A stretch of 63,852 bases of DNA, counting the filler, from Reticulomyxa filosa (taxonomy: Eukaryota > Protista > Foraminifera): assembly GCA_000512085.1 (NCBI GenBank). It is 18 parts of 18 records of this genome, joined end to end, with 100 filler letters (N's around TTAATTAATTAA, not from the genome) between each part and the next. Parts side by side here need not be neighbours in the genome. Positions count along the whole stretch, not along the records: positions 20,203 to 28,242 come from ASPP01001390.1; positions 28,343 to 30,999 come from ASPP01021558.1; positions 31,100 to 32,190 come from ASPP01017368.1; positions 32,291 to 34,831 come from ASPP01019792.1; positions 34,932 to 36,352 come from ASPP01010732.1; positions 36,453 to 40,800 come from ASPP01020391.1; 12 more parts are not named here. One strand, 5' to 3'. The notes under the pieces are model-generated. The model saw only the letters and a list, made by a program, of their open reading frames with translations. It did no database searches and was not told the DNA's origin. Position 1 is the stretch's first letter. Each line of letters opens with the position of its first letter. Made by a program: the position numbers and the translations under genes. This document shows positions 27,286 to 39,673 of this stretch, in pieces.

Positions 27286-28342
27286 TTCTTTAGGTAAAGA
27301 CAAAAAAAAGAACACCTAAACTCAAACTTTTTTTAAAGTACTGACGGCGTGCACGAATTGTTGATAAAAATGTTTTGTAGCTGTTCAAAAATTACAACAA
27401 ACTTCTTTTCAACAAAAAAGAGTTAAACGGTATGTTTAAAAAAATAAAATCACTAATAATGTCATTTTCAATTAAAAATTTTAAAAATAGATTGTACACA
27501 AGATTTAGGTCCACTAAATGGAATGTTTATTGTTTTCTCAATGTAAATACGATTTTTTCACTCTACTTCTTATTTATTTTTTTTATTTGCAATATAATAG
27601 CATTAAAATTTTCCTAAGTGTTTTGTACCTATGTAATTGGCCGGTGTGCAGGGCATGAACCTTGTTATTCCCTATTTTTTTTTAAATAATTGACATTTAA
27701 ACATGTTGCGAGTTTTTTTGGTAAGTTTTAAATTGTCTATTTTAGTTTGCCACTATATCTGTTTTGTTTTGTTTGTAACGAGGTTGTTGCCGGTGATGCA
27801 GGTCATCGAGTGGAGTTTTTTTGGCCCCCAGTCGTTTCTCCAAAAAACACTTCTTGGAAAGAGCAAGCAAAGGTTCACGAGGAGCATTTGACAAATGAAG
27901 AGGGGATAAAGAAAGAAGAGAACAAGAGTTCAACAGCATTGACAGCGAACATAAATCACTCCCAAGGTCAAGTGACAAGCGGTCGAATACCCCACCATCA
28001 GTCAGTAGCGCCAACAGAAGCAGTGACTGTTAGTTCCCCAGCAATGACGAACCTCGTTCACACAGACACCAAGTCATGTTTGTGACAAACAAAAAAAAAT
28101 AAAAAAGGAGGGATTTAAAATTTTGAAAAGAGTGATTATTTCCCAAAATCGATAATCATATACATATATATATATATATACACACACATATAATATTATC
28201 GTCTATATTTCTTCGATCATTAAATTTTTAGTTGCAAAAAAANNNNNNNNNNNNNNNNNNNNNNNNNNNNNNNNNNNNNNNNNNNNTTAATTAATTAANN
28301 NNNNNNNNNNNNNNNNNNNNNNNNNNNNNNNNNNNNNNNNNN

Positions 28343-28901
28343 CCAAAAACGAATGGTTTTGTCATCTGATGAAGAACAAATGACATATTGACGATGATTA
28401 TGATAATAATATGATGAAAATTTCACACAATCCACAGAATCTGAATGTCCATGGAATGATTGAATTTTTTTGTTGTTATTAACATCCCATACACGAACTG
28501 TTTTATCACGTGATCCAGAACAAATCAATTGATAATCATCAAATGTTGAGTAATCAATACTCCACACAATATCTGTATGTCCAGTGAGTATATTGATTAA
28601 TTTGGATGACGAGCGAAATGTATCAAACATGAAGACATTGCATGCCTATGTTAAATAAACATTTGAATATTTTGATTAGTGTTTAAAAGAAAAAACAAAT
28701 GAACTCACATAATTGACAACGAGTTTATCAAAATCTTTGATCCATCCTAATTGAATGTTTAATGTTCGAATCCAATGATGAATAATGATTTGGATCTCTT
28801 CTTCTTTTGCCTATTTGAATTAAATGTAACGATAAATAAAAGAAATAATGAAAACTTAAAGACAAATTAGACTCAACTTTGATTGATATGTTTAAGTTCA
28901 T
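28343..28901 (-). CDS. WD40-repeat protein with N-terminal 34-aa module exon, 3'-partial
   Basis: Exon 28810-28709 (AKEEEIQIIIHHWIRTLNIQLGWIKDFDKLVVNY), then an exon from 28645: ACNVFMFDTFRSSSKLINILTGHTDIVWSIDYS...ICSGSRDKTVRVWD. The first exon and ATG at 28901 are tentative. Confidence 0.8.
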
Positions 28902-30282
28902 TCTTGTAACTTTTTTTAGTTTTCTCTTGAGATGTTCTTTGATGATGTAAGATGAAAAAAATGCTTGAACTTTTTTTATGAAAGGAAAACTAAACTAAGA
29001 ATTATTTTGAAATGAAAAATAAATAAATGTTACATTTTGTAAAAATTTTTTGCAATTCTATAATGCAAAAATTTTCAAATTAAAAAATATTTATAATAGA
29101 AGGCAATATAATGTTACTTATTTTGTGAATTTTTTATTAGATATGTGTAAACAGAAATGCTTTTCTTTGATCAATCAATTGTTCAAAAACAGAATAAAGT
29201 ATTCAATTCAATTTTCATATTTGATTGAAATAGCTGTTGAATCTTACAAAAATCAAAAAACCAAGAATTAGAAGAAGATACAACATTGTTAATTTCCACA
29301 AATGTCCTTAAGCAAGGATATGAAGATTTTTGATGAAAACAACTTAACAAAGTAATAGATTTTGACATCTCTATCCAAAGTTAAAAATAATAGAAAAGAC
29401 TTGATTAAAACTAATTTCTATTTAGAAACATGAATAACTGAATGCAAAATAAAAAACAACAAAAATCTCAAATGAATTCTTCTCTTGTCTTCATGCTACA
29501 TTACTTCTTGAATATTGATAATTGTCATGTAGTTAAATTGGAAAAGGGTTATTTATGATTTTTAACAAATAATTTCTAAAACAAGTCCACAAATACTTAA
29601 TATGAAATAAAATCATTATTTTTGGATAATTAAATGAAGAATGTACTTCCCTTTTTTTTATGTAAAGCAGAAGCATTTCCTATTTGAAGATGTTCCTGTT
29701 CAAAAATAAATCCAAACTTCCTCCCTTTCTAGAAAAGAGTTCACGTGAATAATGCAATCAATAGTAAAACAGGCTAAAAAAAAGTTAAAAGCAAAGAACT
29801 TTTAATGATTCGTTTGAGTAATAAAAAGTGTGCAATTCTCAAGTTTTTTATGTTTGTAATTTTGTTGAAAAACAACAGAAAAAGAAAGAAATGTATTGAA
29901 TTATTTGCTTTTGAATGTTTTATTTGGAGAGATGCACCTGTTTATATGGTAAATATTTTCAACAATTATTTCATACCAATAAAATTAAATGATATTTTCC
30001 TTTTTCCTTTTTTGTTTTCAAACATTCTTTAAAAACTACAAAAAAATTTTAGCAACTGTTTCCAAAGATTTTGTTAAAAACCGTTTGAAAAAAAACTTGT
30101 GATGTACGTTTGTAATCAGTTTTGGACAAGTTCTTTTTATCTTCATTGAAAAAGAAATCATATGTATTGTTAAAATCCTATTTTTCATGTTGTCAAAATA
30201 TTTTTGAAAACCCCTTTCATTGCCCTTGAGAAGAAAAAAAGTTCAATATCTTCCATTTTACATCATCAAGAAAAAAGACAAA

Positions 30283-30765
30283 ATGACAACTCTTAGTAAT
30301 GAGAAGCGAACTTCGGCACAACTAGTGCTGGTAAGCTTTATTACAAGCTTTCAGAAAGTTTGTTTTTTTATTGTTTTATTTGTCGTGTAATTTGTTATTC
30401 AAATAGTCTGAAGAAGAAAAGATTCAAGTAATCATACAATATTGGATTCGAATATTGAAAATCAAATTAAGATGGATTTATGAGTTTTACAAAATTGTTG
30501 TCAATTATGTTAGTTCATTTATTCTTTTTTTTTAAAATACAAATCAAAATATTTAAATGTTTATTTAACATAGGCACCTATTGTCTTTATGTTTGACACA
30601 TTTCGTTTATCATCCAAATTAATCAATACATTCACTAGACATACAAACGCTGTGTTGAGCATTGATTATTCAACATTTACTGATTATCAATTGATTTGTT
30701 CTGGATCACATGATAAAACAGTGTATGGGATGTTGATAACAACGAACAAATTCAATCATTCAATA
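30283..30765 (+). pseudogene. Truncated WD40 paralog with module exon
   Basis: Exons 30283-30330 (MTTLSNEKRTSAQLVL), 30407-30508 (module) and 30574 onward (APIVFMFDTFRLSSKL...ICSGSHDKT). A frameshift and loss of similarity follow the first repeat. Confidence 0.75.
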
Positions 30766-31220
30766 GAGAGGATGCGATTGTGGATCGACTGTGACTATCA
30801 AGAAAAGCATTATACATGCATATTATGAAAACTAGCACAAATTAGACAAATACGAGAAATAAAAGTGTTCGTCCACATCAATTATATATTGGAAAGCATC
30901 ACGATGACAAAGCAAAGCGTCTTTTTTTTATTCCAACATCAAATTAACTTTCAAATACAGTATGTTGCAAAGAAAACTGAACGCCTAAAATGATATCATN
31001 NNNNNNNNNNNNNNNNNNNNNNNNNNNNNNNNNNNNNNNNNNNTTAATTAATTAANNNNNNNNNNNNNNNNNNNNNNNNNNNNNNNNNNNNNNNNNNNNT
31101 TTTAGTGTGCACCCGCAAAGGCGCATATAAATAAATGATGTTTTTTATATATATGTACACATAAACACGTATATGTATACAACGGAATAAAATATTTGTA
31201 AGTGTGAGAAAAAAAAAGAC

Positions 31221-31818
31221 CAGTGAAATCCAAAACGACATTTCCAATGCTCCAACCCGTTGTGGACTTGTCTCTCCAATTCATATAAGCTTGAGGGACG
31301 TATTTGATAATGCTAATGCTGACTTTGACAAATCCCAAATACGAGACAGTGGAATAGCCTCCAAACCAAGGTAATCCATATTTGTCATCACCACTACTCA
31401 GTTGATATAAGATCGACAAGAACAAGTTATAAAAGGCGAACACCCATGCCAAAAATAAAAAAACTATTGCAAACTTGGAAACATGTTGATTATGTCTAGG
31501 GTATATCATTATCTGAACAAGTATCACACACGTGATTACAAATGCATGAACTGCAAAAGCTATGTCATTCAACTCGATTGGATTATTGCTATTACTCGAG
31601 TGCGTGTTATCGTAATTAACATAAGTGCAGACACAATAGATACTATAGAATAAGAATCCAGTGAAATTATACGATTGATAGTCGTACGAAAGACCATACG
31701 TCGTTTTACGTTTGAAATTCAACAAAAGCTGCGGGTAAAAACTCACTGACCACGCTGCAAAATATAGCCAGCCTAAGACATCGCAAAAATATTGTAACCA
31801 TTGGTGTCTCACTGACAT
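31221..31818 (-). CDS. CTNS: Cystinosin-like PQ-loop lysosomal cystine transporter, 3'-partial
   Basis: GWLYFAAWSVSFYPQLLLNFKRK..GLSYDY, NDIAFAVHA and IKYVPQAYMNWRDKSTTGWSIGNVVLDFTG, with a donor at 31220. Confidence 0.9.
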
Positions 31819-32316
31819 TTCAAAGATTAGATATGCCCTTTTTTTTTTCCCCCTAGTTCTCTTCCCTCTCCCTTATTCCTTCAGTTTTTTTCGGCGACAA
31901 TGGGGCATCCCTAATCCATTTCTTTTTTAAAATTTGAATTTGTGTACACTTGCATAGAAGAACAAGAAGTTTCAATATGCAGTAGTTCAAGGAATACCCG
32001 AGTTTTAAAAAAGTTTATTGTATTCATTTTTGTTTGGGAACAGTTTTTTGCCAATGAATATAAAGAGTTTCTTTGAGACGGCCAAAAATAATCTCAGTTA
32101 AGTTCAGTTTTGAAGCAGTACTCCGCCAAGAGGTTAAATTGCTGATGTACGATAATTTTCTTCTTGTAACAAATAGCCTCCCATTTGGAANNNNNNNNNN
32201 NNNNNNNNNNNNNNNNNNNNNNNNNNNNNNNNNNTTAATTAATTAANNNNNNNNNNNNNNNNNNNNNNNNNNNNNNNNNNNNNNNNNNNNAAAAAAAGTT
32301 ATTATTATAAACTTAG

Positions 32317-32960
32317 TTGCTGAATTACAAAAGCTTGATTACAGTTGTGAAACCGCCAAGTTTGAAAGGAAATGAAAGATTATTAGAAAAAATTAAGGCA
32401 GATTATAAAGATGATTTTAATCAAGCATTTGATGTTGGAAGATTTACAATATTATGTGATAATGAAATCAAATTACAAACAGCAGTCACTATAATGAAAA
32501 AAAAAAAAATTCATTTTATTGTATCCAAAGATAAAGATTTCTTTGATAGACAATCGAAAACTCATCATCGATTTCATAATATCAAATTGTATGTTCCAAA
32601 TTATGATGTTTATATAGGAATATAAGCCACTTTAAAAATATTTTCAACATTAGAAAAACATTCTATAATTGAAAATCCGAAATTAAGTTATTTATTTTAT
32701 GAATTGGTTCGAGCATGGAAATCAAAAGATTCATCAAAAGAAGAAAAGTTAAAATACGCAAGTGATGAAACATTAACAAAAATCAATGATGTTATTTGTG
32801 AACAAAAAAGAAAAAAGTGATGCTAGTTCAAGGTAAATCACGATTAGGGAAAAGTATATTCTGTCATTATTTAGAAGAAGCGTTATGGATTAATTATACG
32901 TCTTATTCAAAAAAGGCTATTCCTGTTTATATTTCATTTGCAAAATTTTATAACAAATAA
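32317..32960 (+). pseudogene. RelA/SpoT-like nucleotidyltransferase domain followed by NACHT/STAND P-loop (NLR-like), decayed
   Basis: LKGNERLLEK..DY...DVGRFTI...KDFF...HHRFHNIKL...YIGI*ATL...SYLFYELVR matches the RelA/SpoT Syn1-4 layout. After a frameshift: VMLVQGKSRLGKSIFCHYLEEALW...IPVYISF (Walker A at 32832-32855). Confidence 0.7.
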
Positions 32961-33469
32961 AATGATGACATATTTCGATCCAGGTGATTAAACTTGCTTT
33001 TGTTTGCATTTTGGGGTGTAATTCAGTGCTCAAAATCAGTGTGAAAGATGAAGCATAGAGTAGTCTGACACATTCACAGCACTCACATTGTAAAAGCTTA
33101 AAAAAAAATTGATTGGATTTGCATCTTCGTAAAAATAAAATTTATGTATTGATAAATAACTCATTGATATTGAATATTTTTTAATGATATTATTTTTGAA
33201 ACTAAAATAGAATTATTTATTTATGAATTCCTTTGCTCGTTAACGTAATAATGCGTCTGAACACAAAAAAAAGGACAAGTAAAAGGAATAATGAAAGTAA
33301 ATGAAGAAAAAGATAATAATAAATATAAAATGCTGTTGTTTTTGCTTTAATACTGTATTATTAATTGAATGTGATGAAGACGACAACACTTTTCATTTCA
33401 TTAATTATCTGTTTGTGATTATATTGTATCATTCAATAAATATGTATATATATCAATAATATCATCTTG

Positions 33470-33609
33470 TTCTTTGGTGAAGATCGTTAATGGACATTTA
33501 AATACCTCATTAATTTGGATAATCAGCTTACTGAAATTGAACAATTGAAAAAAGGAATTAATCAAAAAAAGATAGTTCAATCAAAGGTCAAATTTATGTT
33601 TGGGGATGA
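33470..33609 (+). pseudogene. WD40 C-terminal relic
   Basis: SLVKIVNGHLNT... and DSSIKGQIYVWG* (33571-33609) match the family terminus GSxKGxIxxWG* seen at 8129, 23829 and 34371. Confidence 0.5.
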
Positions 33610-33759
33610 ATATATGTGAATAAAGCTTTTTGATTTTTTTTTATTAATTAAAAATATCTTATGTAATATTTTTTCAACGTCTTTATTTTCAGATATTTTC
33701 AATGATATCGTTTCTGTGATCTTTTAAGTCATATTATTGTTTAAACCTAATTTTGGAAC

Positions 33760-34200
33760 TTAATTTCATGCACTTTGTTTGCTTTTAAAATCCTGATATA
33801 ATCGTTGTGCATGCTATTTCATCTATTGGAATAAATTTTTCTTATTTCTGTAAATAATTTAATATTTCCATTATTACATTTTGTTCTTAAAACAGAATCA
33901 TTAAATAAGATAATGTAACAATATCTGAAATCTCCTTTTATACATCCCTCAATCATTGTATTTAATGTAATTATATCAAGAACCATCAATTCCTCACCAG
34001 ATTGGACTTGTTGTTTCTAAAATTATTGTTCAAAATAATATTTTTGGTATTTTATATGCCTAATTGATGTAAAGGCATATAGAATAATCATGAAGAATAT
34101 ATTCTTTGCACAAAGCTACAGCATAGAGAAAGTATCTTAAAAAAACTATTTCTGAGATATTAAAGAATCTCTTTATCTGATTGTATTTTTTTAATTATTG
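33760..34200 (-). pseudogene. Degenerate PPR-protein paralog
   Basis: IKKIQSDKEIL*YLRNS (compare LIQKMESDKEIIQYLKES in 41494-41922), LDIITLNTMIEGCIKGD and IDEIACTTIISGF, in shifting frames. Confidence 0.7.
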
Positions 34201-34370
34201 ATTCATATCTTGCAATTTATGTTGCTATTTGGACACAATTTTCATTTATTATGACATGTCTTTCAATGCTTGCACTCAATCAAATCAAATAAGTTTAATA
34301 TCCTCTTACTTTTCTTTAATCAAACGTTTCAAAAAAAAACCACTTCATTTCTTATTCAACAAAAAGAAAG

Positions 34371-34831
34371 TTATCCCCAAATACAAATGAGACCTTTGTA
34401 TGAACCATAACACAAATTCAAATCATATGTAATATTCTTTGTCTTCTCTTTCTTTTCCAATCCAATAAATTTAAGACACAATATTCCACGATTTTCATTC
34501 TCATTTCCTTTGATCATATACAATTGATTCTTATTTGATCGAATATCCCAAAATCGAATTGTATTATCAATCGATCCAGAACATATAACATTTGAATTAC
34601 CAATACTATCTCTTATTACAAATGGTGAATATTCAACACACCACACTGTATTTGTATGTCCATTGAACACTTGAATTTGTTCACCAGATCGAATATCCCA
34701 CAAACGAACACTTTCATCAAGTGATCCAGATAATATTATATTTATTAATTCATTTGATCCATATTTTACACTACTCACATTATTTGTATGTCCTTTGAAT
34801 ATATTGAATTGTTTGGCTGTTTCAATATCCC
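34371..34831 (-). CDS. WD40-repeat protein, 5'-partial
   Basis: ILSGSLDESVRLWD, NVICSGSIDNTIRFWD and LCYGSYKGLICIWG*. The frame is open to the contig end. Confidence 0.9.
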
Positions 34832-34931
34832 NNNNNNNNNNNNNNNNNNNNNNNNNNNNNNNNNNNNNNNNNNNNTTAATTAATTAANNNNNNNNNNNNN
34901 NNNNNNNNNNNNNNNNNNNNNNNNNNNNNNN

Positions 34932-36352
34932 GCGTATGACCGCAACAATAACAATAACAATAGTAATAATAACAATAGCAATAATAACAATAACTATAAT
35001 AACAATAACTATAATAACAATAACTATAATATCAATATGAATAATGATAAGAAGAACAGCAACACGACACTGATGAAAGAGACAAGCAACGAGGAAAAGC
35101 CAAAATGGTGGTCGTCTTCTGTCACAAGTCACAGCAATGACGAGGACAGCGACAACGATAATGACAATGACGATGAATGCAACAATGTGGCAATAAGCAA
35201 GAATGAGATCAACACGACGAGGAAGAGAAGGAACAAGAAAAAGGAGGGACAGAATGACATTGGATTCGACCATGACTGTTGTTATTACGATCGACAAAAC
35301 TTTTTGGAATTGTTCTTATACTTATTTGAGGAATTTATTGACAAAGATAATGTAGCTAATTTTGGATTATCTGTCCCCTATACGCTATATGATCAAATCG
35401 AAACTGTGATAAAAGAGCAGACCATCCCTCTTTTGAAACAAGTGCGTTCCAATCTCCAAAACGATTTTGTTTCCAACTCCAATTCCAACCTCCCCCGTTA
35501 TACTCATTTCAACGACGATCATGACAATGACAACGATAACGACATGGACATTGCCATGAAGAGACTCTCTTCCAAAAAAGAGTCGTTACAATTGAAGCAC
35601 GCCGCAGAGACTGCAAAAGCGCACACGAAAAAGCGGGTCGGCCTTGACATGGCCTTGCAACGCGCAGAGAGTGACAAACGGCCTGTCAAGAAGCGTTCTA
35701 ACAATCGAAAGTCCAATTGGCTCAGTGTTCGTCACTTTGGTCAACCCACTAATGTCAATTACTCGGATGAGTTGAGTCAATCTCAAGGATCCCGTTCTCA
35801 GTGCACTGAAACGTTACGTAAAGTCTATTATATATATATATATATATATGTATATATGTACATATTATATTGTAAATAATTGAACAAAAAGTGAAAGTAG
35901 AATGATTCGAGAACTAACAAATCCACTTCGACCCTCATTTGACTTTTCTCGTGACAACTCATCTCTTCCCTCGTGGGGGGCAGGACGTGTGCACGCCTTG
36001 ATGACGCCGACGCTGGAGGTGATACCGAGTGGCAACAATGATGACAAAAAGCGGAGGGACTCGGAGTTGGCGGAGGAGGTTCACAATCGCCAGCCCATGC
36101 CGGTGGTCGGCAGGGCCATCAGCGATCCGGACTTGGCGTCATTCCATTTTGTGAATCATGAGCAAAAGAATAGCGACAAGCCAATAGCCCCTTTTCCTCT
36201 TCCTCTCCAGCACAACAACGGCAGTATCCTGAATTTGCATGCCACTACGGATACCATTGAAATGAATGTCCTCCCGTCTGACCCTCAGTCTAATGTTATT
36301 TCACATCAGTCCAGCGAACTGCAATTGCAACAACAACAACAACAACAACAAC
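34932..36352 (+). CDS. Low-complexity hypothetical protein, partial at both ends; possible RGS-like helix
   Basis: The frame is open from the contig start (poly-N/D). FLYLFEEFIDKDNVANFGLSVPYTLYDQIE is weakly RGS-like. There is a (TA)n intron at about 35820-35900, and the contig ends in poly-Q. Confidence 0.55.
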
Positions 36353-37093
36353 NNNNNNNNNNNNNNNNNNNNNNNNNNNNNNNNNNNNNNNNNNNNTTAA
36401 TTAATTAANNNNNNNNNNNNNNNNNNNNNNNNNNNNNNNNNNNNNNNNNNNNAAGTTTAGTTTGTTTTCACATTACAGTTCTTTTTTGTGATGACATCGA
36501 TCGTACGTATTGTATGAATTTTGTGATTTCTAAAACAAAACAGACTAGAACTGATTTTTTTTGTTTTTTGAAAAGATTATTTTTTTTAGATTTTATTTTT
36601 TTTAGTTTGTATGTTGTTGTGTCAAAAATAGACGTTGTAGACTGACTGAATACGAACTTACCAATTCACACTAATCCTCAATATTGTGTAAATATAATAA
36701 ATGAATTGAGCTTTTATATTCAAATTTATTACGTTTAGTTTGTTTTTTAGTAGTTAAATTTTATTGTAAATATTTTTTTTAATATTATTTGTCAAAACAA
36801 ATATACGCAGTCTCGAATTTAAAACAAAAATGTTTTGTAATTACTAAAAATAAAATTTTGTCATTTGCTAACAACAAGATTTTCAAAAGGAATCAACCGA
36901 TAAAAAAATCCACATTTTTAATTTTAAGCTTAATTTTTTCAAATTGAATATGCTTTTGTTCACTCTTTCTGGAATACGTGCTCTGTTGCTGCTATAAAAA
37001 CTTGGGCTCGTTTTATTGAAAATATTTGTTTTAGTTTGAGAAACCAAGCAAAGTATAAACCCCGTGGCCAAAAACCAAAAAGGAAAAAGAGAA

Positions 37094-38606
37094 ATGCGTC
37101 GATGTTTTGGATGTCCTTCTCCTCAAACATTAGAAGATGATAATGAATTTGAAGTGGCAAGTATTGATGAAGATGAAAAAGGTGGACAGCCGCCACGCTC
37201 TCGTGGTTCACGTGTGTCGAGAAACAGTGTATCAGCAATAAAAAGTGAAAAAGACATGAAGCGAGAAACCACGAACAAGTTTACACAACGAGAGACAAAG
37301 GAATCGGTATGGATAGATTTGCCGCGATTAATACATCGATTTAAACTCCAGGAAGACTCGAAGACCAGAGAAAATGACCCCCCAGTGCAATACATAACTC
37401 CCGAATACTGGAAAACGTATAAAATTGACTCATTTCAGACAGCGGTTCAAAACTATCGAAACAAAAGCAATGGACAAAAATTGGATAACGGTGAGGCATC
37501 TTCACATGCAGGAGTGCTGCAAACAAAGCTGAATGATGCGATTGAGAACGGAGGTTCTTTTGCTGGCAGTTATTCGCGAGTGTCTGTGGTTGGAGACAAT
37601 GTAGGGCTAATGAGTTCGTCGGCGATGAATGCTCTGGACATGAATCACTTGGATAATGAAAGCAAACCAGCAACCCAAGATTTGAACGAAAAGTGGCATA
37701 GATGGTGCAGGATTTGCCATTTTTTAAATATTCTCGCAAAGATCTGTGACACCAAAATACAAGGGCGTTACCGAGGAGGATCGCTCAGTCGTAACACTCT
37801 GTCCAATCAAACCAAACAAAAAGTTGAATCGCTCTTGAAAAAAAAGCTTGAGGAGATTACCGATCAATTCCTCATTAGGGCTGCCAATGAGACCAGTAAG
37901 TCAAGTAATAACGAGAGGATTGATATTGAAAGGGTCTCTGGTCCAAGGAGGGGAGAAGAATTTCAAAAAAAAAAATTATATCAAACAAAAAAAAAAGTGA
38001 TACGTTTTTATTATTTTTCCATTAGGTCACTTTGAATCATTAGAATTAGCAGATATCCCTTCACTGCTTAAATCAACTTTCGAAAGCGAAGAATTACTAA
38101 AAAATTCGCTAATGCTCTCCATACTGTGCTTGTGCACGCAGAATATGCTGTTCGAACCAGTGTTTCGCATTGGCGCGGAAATCCTGCAAAGCAAATACAA
38201 ACTGACCGATCACAGAGGGGCTCCGGGTTGGTATATTGATATCACCTTCCTTCCCTTCGAAAGGGTTCGAGTTAATCACCGACGAAAAGGTAACACACTT
38301 TGTACGCAAATCTTTCTAAACAAAAACTTGTTTCTTTCTTTAAATTATAAATGATCAAATGGCTACTATTTCTGATCTTTTGTTCAAGGGTTAATCAAAG
38401 TTCATCCTGAGGATAAACTTCAATGGGTTACTTTGGATTGGGAGTTAGAAGTATTATTTCATTACCACAATGGCAATTTGGCTAATTCGGAATGTCAGGG
38501 GCGTGTCATTCGTTGCTCAGGGGTCACTTTTGATGACAAAAGTACGGATGAATTCAAAAATGACATGAATACGCTTTTGCAAGATGGGAAATTTGAATTG
38601 AGGTAA
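37094..38606 (+). CDS. Three-exon conserved protist protein, possibly with a Dictyostelium GlfB C-terminal-like domain
   Basis: GT-AG introns 37941-38025 and 38290-38388 splice in frame. Motifs WIDLPRL, LCTQNML, TDHRGAPGWYIDI..VRVNHRRK and LDWELEVLF. The family call is from memory. Confidence 0.65.
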
Positions 38607-39673
38607 ACACCTCATTTGTATTTGTTTCACTTTACATATTCCTTTTCTTTTGTTGTCATTTGTGAAAGTATCCCTTTCCTAGTCAATATATAAGTCACCT
38701 TATTTCTTTTTTTTGTCCACGTATTGGTACCTTTTTTTTCTCAAAGTGGGAGGGAAAATTGTGTAATCTATTCATCATCCTTTTCATTCACAGAGGATTG
38801 TTAAACAGAAGCGTTTTATATTTTTTATTAAAATAAGCTGTTCAAACATGTATAAATGGCAATGTCATAAAAAATGTAAAAATATTTCAGTTTCCTTTTC
38901 CCAACATTGTCAGTTCTCCAATTTTGTAATTTTGACTTGCACAATCCAGGAAAGTGGAAACACAAGACATTAATCCAACGCATTCTAAGCGACGAGTGCA
39001 AAAAACTAACAATAACATAACACAGTCCACCAGATACAATTCTTATGTGGTTTTTTTTGCTAGTCTATTTTTTAAAAAAAAAACAAAGACTGTTCTAAAA
39101 TTCAAACCAATTGACTTTTTTCCTCATCCACCAAAAAGTTGAAGAAAACAAAACAAAACAAGCAACAAAAAAAGAAAAAAGGACAATTTCGACAACAAGG
39201 AAAGAAAACAAAAAATTTGTTAATATTGTTCTTCAACAAAAAAAGACAAACAAACAAAATATGGCATAATTGAACCCGAAAAAAAAAAATAACAACAAAA
39301 AAAAAATAAAAAGAAAAAAAGATGTCTAAGCCAAAGAAACACACAACAAGAAATGTCATTGCATCCATTGGTTTTACATCCAAAGAAAAAAACACGATGG
39401 ACTTGCAGTAACCCCATCTCAACGCAAAAAATAGCAAAGTGGTAGTGGACGTGGGACGTATGAGAAAAGGGAAACCGAAAAAAAGATTGAGGGGAAAAAA
39501 AAATATGTGTATCGCAAAAATTTTGTCATATTTTAGATGTGGGTGATAAATGTATTTATTTACATTCATAATTCTTTTGCTGTTTTGTTGTTTTTATGAG
39601 AGGAGGAAAAAAACACACAACAAACAACATCATGCTTGGAGATAAAATAATAAAAAGAAAGTCTTTTAATCCA

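Noticed and set aside
27747-28085. 112-aa ORF (VEFFWPPVV...)
   Set aside because: Possibly an orphan last exon, but I found no credible start or family.
9810-34162. Ciliate-like code with TAA = Gln
   Set aside because: TAA terminates intact genes (PC4 46975-46977, WD40 34371, 38604-38606), and the TAA-bearing loci also have frameshifts. Pseudogenisation explains them better.
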